Assembly: GCA_973895155.1 (NCBI GenBank)
Contig: OZ316898.1
Span: forward strand, 15,034,330 to 15,098,329
DNA from: Marsupella aquatica
Lineage: Eukaryota; Plantae; Marchantiophyta
Reading direction: 5' to 3'
DNA length: 64,000 nt
The notes below the pieces were generated by a model. The model was given only the letters and a program-made list of their open reading frames with translations. It was not told the DNA's origin and did not search any database. This document shows positions 53,901-64,000 of the stretch, piece after piece; within the stretch, counting starts at the first letter, position 1, and every line of letters begins with the position of its first letter. The translations under genes were made by a program, and so were the position numbers.

Positions 53901-54999
53901 TCTTCTAGGACTGCCATAAGAAACATACATGTTAGTCAAAGCCAAAGAGTGGAATGACATAAAGTACATTGGAGAGTGAAAACAATTACCTCAAAACATC
54001 AACTCTTATGTCTGTTGCCAACTATCCTCAATTGTTGAGAAGGCTTCATAAAAGGAACTGTCCAATAATGCCAATCTTTTTTGACATGATGATTGCAAGC
54101 CATAACCAAAGCGACGATCCTGGTTCCATCTTCATCCATTTGCAAGTAAACAAGTCTGACAAAAGCAAAGAACTCTGAAGAAAGTAACATTTGAATTGGA
54201 ATCGGTCACAATGATACTCTCTATAGCGGAACTCGAAGTGCATTATGATAAATGGAAAGCAGTTCACGGGGTACAATGGAGGCCTTGGGTGAAGAACCTG
54301 AAGTATTTGTGGCTGATAAGGGCCGACTATACTTCTTCCTCCTCTTTTCTCTAGCTCAACATCACTACTTGAATGAAAGTACCTTTGGAGAAATCAAAAT
54401 GATGGTTGTGAGAATGATATCCAACAAAAAGGGCTTGGCATCCCAACACGATATTGACCGCATACTGACTACATGGTAAATTTGTGACACACTATTCACT
54501 CCTAGACTGAAAATGCCAATTCTATGGTCTGCATAATGAGAGACCAACTCATCATGGCTAGAGCTTATGCGACTATTGCCGAATCAAGCAACATGCAACA
54601 ATGCGCACCTCCTGAGGGACCTAAAGGTGAAAATCAAAGACAGCCAGAAAATCCTCGAAGATGCAAATATGGATGCGAAGTTGCCAAGCAGGTTTCATCT
54701 ACAATAGACCTCTAGTGTCGACTTATGTTGCTACTCTGGCTAACGCGTGGCATCATGTTTGGTGGGATTAGCACAAAGGACAGGATAAAGCCGATGGGAC
54801 ATCTTTTGATGAAGGCACGGGACAGGATCGGAACCTATCAATGATGGTAAGGAAATTGCAGGCTATCCTTGAGAAAAAGTGCTTGAGGCGGAATCTTGAT
54901 CAGGCCTGCAAAGGACGACCAGACACGGTCATGCAAGGTGTCTCAGACAAGCACTTCTGTCCCTTCATCTTGAAAGCTCACATCCAAATTTTCCCGCCA

Positions 55000-55375
55000 A
55001 AGGGGACCCTACGTTCCTGAAAGCATAATGTAAATTTTAACGTTGAAACCTAGGAATGTGCCAAGTTCACCAGCAAAAGAGGACACTACATGTTCCTGGA
55101 AGCAAAACATCAATCTTGATGTTGAAAGCTAGGAATGTACGCTCGCACTTCATCAAAATGTAAACGCAAGAAGAGAGGAGAGGCACCAAAACCTACAATG
55201 CAAGGGAAGGTGATGCAAGAAGGGAAGACCCAATGTTCCTGAAAAGCAGAGTAACAATTTTGATGTTGAAAGCTAGGAAGGTAAAGCTCGCACTTCATCA
55301 AAAACCAAACCCGAGAAGAGTGGAGCAGCACCAAAAGCTAGAATGCAAGGGAAGGAGATTGATTCAAGAAGGGAG
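55000..55375. repeat. Imperfect tandem repeats inside the Kolobok-like element
   Basis: GTTCCTG(G/A)AAGCA..GTTGAAA(C/G)CTAGGAA in three copies; GCTCGCACTTCATCAAAA..AATGCAAGGGAAGG in two copies. Confidence 0.8.
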
Positions 55376-58300
55376 GCCTACGAGTCTTCTGAACGGTTCA
55401 CAATGGGAGGGCCGGAGAGGGATAGAAGCATCACTGATTGAGGGAACAAATTCAGCAAAATTGGAAGCTGCCACGGGTCTTGCTTCTAATTACTGGAGCG
55501 CAACATTCTCAAACAGGACAATTCTAGACGGTTTGGAATTCGTAAATATGATTGCACAGGTGAGAGGAATGGAATGGCCAAATGGGTAGTAATTAATTAT
55601 GGAAGACAAACAATGGAACGGGCGAGAGATCAATTTTCTGAAGAAAATGCAAGGACACGCATTTCTGAATCAACTGGGCAGCGAAGACAATTCCCACGGG
55701 TTACCTCCTGCCCCGACTGAATTGAGGACTCAAAGGTCGGCTCAAAGGATGATTGAGGCGGAGGCAACACATACCACACTCACCCAGGTTGGAAATGATC
55801 ATAACAACTCCACAAAGATGTTGGCAATGAATTCTGGCCAAAGTAAGCTATTCAACGAAATTGTGCGGAGAAAATGCTTGTGCTTCAAATCGGGTCTGGT
55901 TCAAAAAGAGAGACTAAGAAGACTGAAATATCAAAACTATTGAAGATTCTCTTGACACCCTTCTTCGATCCGCTTCCAATTCCAATCAGATCAATTTCCC
56001 AAAGAGATTTTGTAACACGAGACCACAATCAAAGAATCACTGTCAATCCGCCGCGAATGAGTAAGGGAGTGAGCGTCCGAGAGGGAGACACAGAAAAACC
56101 AGACCATCACAGGCACAAAACACAAAATGGATTGAACCTCCAGCGATATAGAAATACGAGTCAGCGATGACAAGAAAACGATGTCCTCCGTTGTTCTGAA
56201 ATTTATCAAGATCTTTCACGGCACAAGAAGAGAGACAGATGTTTCATCTTGTATTCCTCTAATCTAAAGTAAAGAAATGAGTAAAGCTACATCATCAGTT
56301 ATCAGTCATTCTCATCAGTTTACCTGATATCAATGCCACATCATCTCAGAGAGATCGCCGAGTTGTGACGAGAAAAAAATGGGAAAAACAATGGGAATTT
56401 AAAAAAAATTCCAAATTTTAAGAGAGAATTTTATTTTATTTTATGATTTTTTTTCACTATGGGCCATCCGTACCATACGGACGCCCATCTCGGCGAGGCC
56501 AACTGAGATTGGCTGCCCCATCTCAGAGAGGTAAGCTTAGATGGGTTGTGTCCGTACAGTACGGACGCATAATGTCAGGATTTTTTTTTGAATTTTTTTT
56601 GTCTGTACGCCTATCTTGGCGAGGTCAGCCAAGATTGGGCCACCCAGCTGAGATGCACAAAGGTGCAAAGGCTTATCTCGGCTACTCAACTGAGATTCAA
56701 AGACATTAAGGGCAAAAAAACTGACAACTGATGATCCTTGCTACCCCTAAAGAATGCACAAATACCTCTCAAGGCAAAGCGACACAAATCATACAATATT
56801 GTTTGACCAAATACGTTCCTGCCTCGTGAAAGGAGGAATGTTGATTGCGCGCTGTTGGAAAAAACTGCAGTGGAGCAGGCGTTGAAGGAACCAAAAGGGG
56901 ATGGAATTGACATGTACCTGATGACAATCCCCCAGCGACGACACCAAGTGCGACAAGTTCCAATGCAAGTAAAAACCAAAGCCACTGTCGTCAACAATAC
57001 GAATCCGAAAAGTAGGTTTTATAGATCCAAAATGAGTGTAAAGGCTGGGAACGATGCAGGGCTATGTCAGTGCCCAAAGGAGAGAGATGGGTGCACAAAG
57101 GAGAGAGATGGGCACACACACAGGCCTGCGTTTCAGTCACCGTCTCACACGGTGCTGGAGAGAAATGCGGAAAACTTGCCGGGCCAAGGAGTTGTTCCCC
57201 GAGTTTGCTGTACATCCAGGCAGCAAAGAATGACGACGTGAGCAGACCAAGGGCCCTTTTATACTGGCAGCTGTGGTTTAAATGACCCAAAAATCATCTA
57301 GCAGAAAGTTCTGGGGCGTGAAAACTCTCACAGGGGAAACGAAATCACCATAACTTTCATCGCTTATGGGACCCTTCATATATAGAAAAGACGGAATAGA
57401 ATCAGCCAAAAAAACAACCTGGCTGGGATTTTTGATGGTGTGTCCACTTCCTAAATTGACGCTTTTACGGACCAGTCAATTTACCTCACAGTTCCAGTGT
57501 GTACATAATGACGTAAGCAGGGAGAAGCACCAGTTTGGACAGCAACAGGTGGGGGCATGACTATGCACCTTTGGCTCCCTTCCAACTTAAATTAACAACA
57601 CCTAAAACTGGAATGAGGTAGGCTTTAACATGCACTTAGTGATTTTTCTCTTTGTAATTTTCAGGGCATTATTAAATAAAAATACACCATCAAGGGTTTG
57701 ATAATCTCAATAGGAAACTTTACTATAAATAGTTAAAACAAACTATCTTTCATTGGCCTTCCAATGCATTAAGCTCCTAGTATCGGAGCATTATGGGCAA
57801 CAATAGCTCCTCAAAAAGTTGGGCTGAAATTCTCACTCTTTCTGGCATTGTATCCCACAATGTCCTGTAAACAGAGCACATTATATAATTACCTAAAAGA
57901 TAGGAAAAGTCTTTCTATTCATTGTTGAGAAACAGATATTTAGATGGGCCAGAATATGTTCCCAAGTAACTTAGACAGACCTAGAAACTTTTGAGCCCTC
58001 GAAGTGTGACCACTTATACAAATAAAATATCCCATTGGCGGTAAGTTGCAATGGTCTATCCAAGTTGTTTGTCAAAATTTGTGACTTACTTGGGCTTTCT
58101 ATTCTTGGATGATTACAGTGTTAAAATGTTTATCTGCAGAAAAACATACGGTGGTCTTAACTTGGTTTGCAATCTTTGATTGCAAAAAATTATCTAAGTA
58201 ACTTGTTTCACAGTATGGTAAGATGGCAAGGTAGCTTGATTGACCCTCAAAATGACATGTTACTGGATGGCACCCCTGAGTGATTCAGTCCCTTGATAAA

Positions 58301-58546
58301 CCTTAAATTTTGGTTTGGGGATCCATCGAGAAAACACCTCTAAGGTTGGCATTAAAAATAAATTGAAGCAAAAAAGTTTTCTCAACATACCTGTCTTGGT
58401 ATATTTCTAGCCCACCCTTTTTTGTCACAGTGAGTGCCACAAACATTTTAATTATTTTTTGTGGTGGGGGGCCCAAAATGCCTCCAAATCATTTTTATGC
58501 GTATATTATTCTGCACATACTATTTTGGTATGCAATTCTCCAAATA

Positions 58547-59606
58547 TCTACTCACTATAATATACAATCCTGTACTTTTCACTTATCGTCTGCTTACAAA
58601 ATGTAGTTTTGGAGGGAACTCATGATGACCCTTGGATTTAAAGCCTAAATATTCCTGTCCAAGAGATTTGGTGAAAAGGAAGCATAAGGACTTTGTCCTG
58701 GCTTGGGACACAAATGCGCTTCTACCCACACCTAGACCTAGACTATGGCACTAACATCCATAAAAGGATTCTCATATCAAGGTGACTGGAACTTGAATGT
58801 GAGTTGACATGTGACTATAATGGGTAGGTAGGTCTAACAAGAAAATCTAAGTAGACCTCACATCACTTTTGGACACATGTTTGCCCATTCACGTAATTAA
58901 AGTAAACTTATAGAAAGAGAACGATACTAATTAGAGTTTTAAGTTGAAAAGACATTATTTATAGGAAAGTGGAAAAAAGACTATTGAGGGGAGAAGTAAA
59001 TTTCTTATTTTTTCTATTCTCTCTATGAAGTATTTTTCCAACTTACATTAACAATAAACCCTATTTTTGTTGTTTGCAATAAGCATATTGACCAAGGACA
59101 CAAATGAATGGCCCTACACATAAAATGGCCACAACAATGAAATGGTCACAATTATAATTGATTGCAACAATGAAATGGTCACAATAAATAAATGCCTGTC
59201 ATTAATGACAATTGTGCAGTGAACTGGCAATGTTATCAACTCAACATCTTTTATTGTCTCAATATCTTTAAGTTTCTCTCTTTGACATATTTTCTCACCT
59301 CAACATCTTTTATCACCACGATATTTTTATCACCTTGACATTTTTTATCGCTTCAACATCTTTTTTCTCACCTCGACATCTTTTTATCACCTCAACATCT
59401 TTTATCACTTTGACAATTTTTATCACCTCTACATCTTTTTCTCACTTTTATATTTTTTTCTCACCTTGAAATTTTTTCTCTTTCCTCAACATTTTTTTTC
59501 TCTTCAATATTTTTTCTCTCCTCGATAATTTTTATCACTTTGACATCTCTTTATCACCTTGATATCTTTCATGCAATGCGCGTGCAATGCACGAACATTG
59601 GACTAG
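58547..59606 (+). mobile_element. Non-autonomous Helitron
   Basis: A|TCTACTCACTATAAT start (tentative). 3' hairpin CGTGC-AAT-GCACG followed by CTAG|T. Internal TCACCTTGACATCTTT minisatellite. Confidence 0.72.
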
Positions 59607-60266
59607 TAATATATAATATTAAAGAGAGTGTATTTGTAAGTTCAATTTTTGTGACCAAACCTCTCTGGTCACGAGCCTGGTTTGGAAGACCCGAACCTGG
59701 TTTCGAACCTAGTTTATTGTAGCCAAATTATCACTACTACCACAATCGGTGCACTGGATACCAATGCGGTGGTCCCTTTGAATGTGGATAGGTACAAACG
59801 TACAATGCATGCCGGCGCAGCATTCTTGGCCGACGGTGGCCGCCCCCTCCCCCCCGGCCCACCGCAGCTACAGGACAGTCCCCTTATGAAAGCTACAAGC
59901 CAGCTACGCACACGCACAGGTGCCTGGCCCCAGCCCTAGCTCCACCACGATCCGAACTCCGAAGGGAAGGATCTTAGCTGGACCCCGTAAGTACGGTCCA
60001 AGAAAGTACTATACTGAATACCGCTTTGAACTTTCCACGTTGGATGTATTTCGGATGTATTGCATCTACTGAGGCAGTTTCCCCCAAGACGTGAGCCAAG
60101 ACTGTGACCGTCGATGTCCTCACCCAAACCAGTACTGAGAAGTTGTCATTGCCAGATTAGGGTTTACTGTAGAGCTTAGCACCAAATTCAGCTTGCTTTG
60201 GTAATATACTCTGAGTACTTGGCTCTGTTCTTTGGTTGTTAGCAAGAGCACATTATCTCATCATCA

Positions 60267-61411
60267 TCACACACTATAATAAGGGATCCGCCCTTTTATA
60301 GGCATTGTCTGTACGAACGAAAACAGAATTGGCAAGAATCAATCCTAACCGTTCCATTTAAAAGATGTCTTTTGGTGTCCCTAGATTGACAATATCCATA
60401 CCTTTGGATACTGTCCCCTTTTATTTCATTTAACTTTCTCCCAGTTTGTCCTTTATGTGTGTTTTTGCTTTTGTTTCCTTTAATTCTTTTGTTTACTTTG
60501 TTTTCTCCCATTTCGTCTTTCCGTCTTTCGTTGTTGTTCAGGATTAATTAATTATTCACCAATCTTGGTATTATTCACTGACCACTCCCATTGATACCCC
60601 CACGACTCAAGTGCAATTTTAGTATACATCTTTATCCTTTATTTGTTTTTTGTGAGGGGTACAGTTTTTATACAAACAATTGGGCTTTTTCTTTTTGAAT
60701 GGTAAGATTTTTGAGCTAGAAATTGGATGGAATCCACTTTTAAACCATTTATTCACGTACTTGTGCAGGTGGACCCTCTAAAGTTGTGCTAAAAAAATAT
60801 TTTTGTCCTTCCCGGGTTGGTCCATGCCATCTTTTTGAACATGGACATCTTTTATGCAACTACTTCTTTTCCTCAACAATATCCTTTATGAAATGACATC
60901 TTATGTGTGACCCTGAGTGCGACACATGGTGTTGAGCAATCCCACAATGAGAGTCATTGTGGGATGACATATGACATGCCTCAATAACTATATGGTTGAA
61001 TCCTATATTTTCTTGACATGTGTTTCTAGTATCTGTTTTTCACCTTGACATCTTTCTTTCAGCTTAATATTTTTCCTTCATCTTAACATCTTTCCTCTCC
61101 TTGACATCTTTTTTGCTCCTCACCATCATTTTCTCACCTTGAATTTTTTTTCTTATCTCGACACCTTTTCTCGCCTTGATATCTTGTAATCTCCTCAACA
61201 TCTTTTTCTCTCCTCACCATTATTTTCTCACGCTGACATATTTTCTCACCTTAACATATTTTTTTCTTCAGCATGTTTTTCTTGCCTTGACATTTTTTCT
61301 CACCTTGACCTCTTTTCCTCATCTCAACCTCTTTGTTTCATCTTGACATCTTCGTGCAACATCTTCTTTTAATCTCGACATCTTCAGTGCAATGCACGAG
61401 CATGGGGCTAG
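60267..61411 (+). mobile_element. Non-autonomous Helitron, related family
   Basis: A|TCACACACTATAAT start (tentative). GTGC-AAT-GCAC hairpin followed by CTAG|T. Same minisatellite at 61040-61380. Confidence 0.72.
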
Positions 61412-64000
61412 TGTTACAGAATTTGATTCCAGTCAATGTCATCTGGAGTTCTATGTGTCAATTTTGTTGTGTACAAGCCTAACTACCTGTGCATTGCACA
61501 TGAATAGGGGCAAGGGCAAAAATGATTTTGCAGAAATAGAGTCCCTTCGTCAGCCCTCATATTTGCTGTAAATGATAGTTGCTTTTTTCTGTTGGGTGAA
61601 GTTTGGTAACTTTTCACTGTTGTCCCTGTTTTGCCTTTGCCCCATGCCCTGACCATGTCCGGTCTTGGAGTGGTTGATGGTCCTCGACCTTGTTCTGGTC
61701 TGGCCGGTCTTACCATTCTCCATTCAAGAAAATAAAATAAAAAATATTGAGTCTATGTTGAAAAGAACAGCTCAAATACCTAGGTTTGGTCTGTCCTAAC
61801 AAACCGTGCACCATTTGCTTGTAACACGGATCTTCCCAAAATAAAAAATGAAGAACTACAACACAGCAAAAAGGAAGGTCAAAAGCGGACGACCAATTGC
61901 AAATTAAACCAGAACTGTAGGATTCCCTTATTCTGGATCTGGATGTGGCCATTTGTACCATGCTGAATTCTAAGTTCGAAAACACAGCTCACGCTGCCAG
62001 GTTGATCGTCACCATGTGACTGGATTTGTAGTTTGATCTCATTCTGGATTTCTGATACAGAACATACCAGTTCCCCTGTGTCCCTTCGGATTTCTAGCAT
62101 CTCATTCTGGATTCCTGCTGCCAGCTCTCATTTTGGCCGTTCTGATCGGTGCAGAAGGTGGGTCTTTTGTGCCGTCTTTTGACAGCCTTCATTGGGTCAG
62201 TCGTTGATCACATGTGTGTGGTTACTTTCTACTCTCCCGAACGTTCGAAACTGGTACAGGCGTGACTTCGAAGTCTTCGTGATAACATTACCATAATGTC
62301 TTACAACCGAAGGTTTGGCTTCCGAAGCGCTTCGCTCATTCATTTTGAGGATTGTCCATTCTGAGTCTCTCTGTGTGACCTACATGGCCCGGGAATGATA
62401 ACTCAGACAGCAGTAGTGTTTCAGCTTCTTTCCTCGCAATAGGAAGGAGTTTCTTTCCTTAGCAGTGTTTCACTATCAGTCGGCTCCACCACTACCCTAC
62501 GTTGCCAGTGAGTATTGTCTACCAAAACTCAGAGTAAGTCATGAAGGGAAATAAATCTCATGCATTAGATGGCGGGCTGCTCTGCAATAAAAATGCCAGG
62601 AATCACTGCTTGTCAGATTCGGACATCCGTTAGTAGATGAGAATGGGATGCACTAAGGCTCAGGTGTGGCAATCCTCTTCACTCAAGTTTCGTTCATTCT
62701 TGTTCAGGAATATACCCTCGTATGGAGACGTGGCACTCGGTGTGAACTCTACATGAAATAAATATCTGGAAGAAGTCCATACAAACAACGCACAGCCAAA
62801 GAAATGATTTATCTCACATATTAGTGCTTCTGGCCTCTTCGTTAGCCATCCAGGCACCGACGATCCTTCCATTGAAATTTGACAGTTATAGGTGATTCAA
62901 AGGAAGGCAAATTCGTTAATTCCCTGATCCTCGGTGTGTCATCTTCATGGATGAACGTGGTGAGCATGATGAAGAAGTTGATCGTCCAGAACCGCACTGA
63001 AGTTCAAGCTGTTTTTTCCTCCACAAAACCCTCAACCTTTCCATAACAAAGAACCACCCAAAACGTTCCCGTCCTCTTGTTAAAATGTCCGTTTCAGTAA
63101 AGAGCTGATACTTAGAATCTCGAGAGCGCGACGACACAATATCCCCAACAAGGAGTACTAAACTGCGTTCATGTGTTCATTGTTCCTTGAGAAGATGGAA
63201 TGTAATGACTGTTTCCATCGCTGCGGTCGTAAGCACGCTTAATGTAGTGACACTGAGAGTTCAGCGCGAGGATGCAGAGACTGCAAGCAGTTTACCTGGA
63301 ATAAATCGGCCTGAGGCGACTAATGCCACTAAACTTGACATGTGTAGTCACTTTCGCCTCGTTTCGACCCAGAATTTCAAATGCTGAAGTGAGGAATATC
63401 ATAAATCATTTTTCCGAGTTAAAAGGGTTAGTTCATTCAAAGAATTAAAGTCATAGTAGATAATATTTGGATTCACGTAGATTCTCCTCAGACCAGAGGA
63501 AAAATAGGAATACATATGGCTTGGGAAAACTAATGGAATAAATGTTGGGCTTTACATGCTCTCATCCGTCTTTATCTACACTCAGCCAGCTTGTGTGACT
63601 TGGACTTGGAAGCTCACATCTATGCCTCGAAGACAAGGATGTTTACATTTGCAGATAGGACACGTTCGTAGGGCGAAGTGTACATTACCGCAACACACGA
63701 GTGACTCCTGCATAACATGTACAACGGACTTTGCTGCATTGAAGTGGGTCGAGAGGCAGAAGACATTTTTAAGGGACTTGTTTGGAATCTTCCTGCCATG
63801 GTCATGCAATTATGAAATGCCAGAAGTTATGTTACAAAGATAGGTTACGTGTAACAACGCTTGCGTGAGTAGCTGGATCCTCATCTTGTTGAATGAAACA
63901 CTTAAAGACTCAAACCTGGTGGAGATTTATAGAATACTAATCCCTAGTCCCTACATCCATATCCATATATTCTACTCGTTTAATCGACTTATCAGTCATA

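Larger units (their letters stand above)
48665..57570. mobile_element. Kolobok-like DNA transposon
   Basis: Convergent transposase and KolX-like genes. Perfect 11-bp inverted match AAAGGTGCATA (48663-73) / TATGCACCTTT (57562-72). Flanks TGAA / TTGG are only degenerate TTAA, so the ends are tentative. Confidence 0.7.

Noticed and set aside
55400-57560. ORFs and palindromic GC motifs in the right part of the Kolobok-like interval
   Set aside because: No supportable product; may be a nested element, but no termini or TSD were found.
61480-64000. Short ORFs at the window end
   Set aside because: No domain signal or spliceable coding chain recognised.

Overview
Eukaryotic land-plant DNA; the intron style and TE families suggest a bryophyte such as a liverwort, which is an inference. 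The window holds one intact host gene, a ~22-exon villin on the minus strand (26764-35785), surrounded by decayed transposons. These are: a PIF/Harbinger element with intact TIRs and TTA TSD (2374-6897); a ~10.3 kb CACTA/EnSpm element (~11554-21845); a Kolobok-like element (~48665-57570); Copia and Gypsy LTR remnants; MITEs; and two non-autonomous Helitrons. Two systems stand out. (1) The CACTA element carries a SET-domain (lysine methyltransferase) exon inside the first intron of its transposase, plus an unknown fourth ORF and CpG-rich ACGACGTT motif clusters in its non-coding segments. This is a candidate transposon-encoded chromatin/anti-silencing system. (2) The Kolobok-like element has two tandem KolX-like genes, each followed by a ~45-nt anticodon-less tRNA-like fold. 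Nearly all TE genes in this copy carry stops or frameshifts. All domain calls are by-eye motif recognition; no database search was run.
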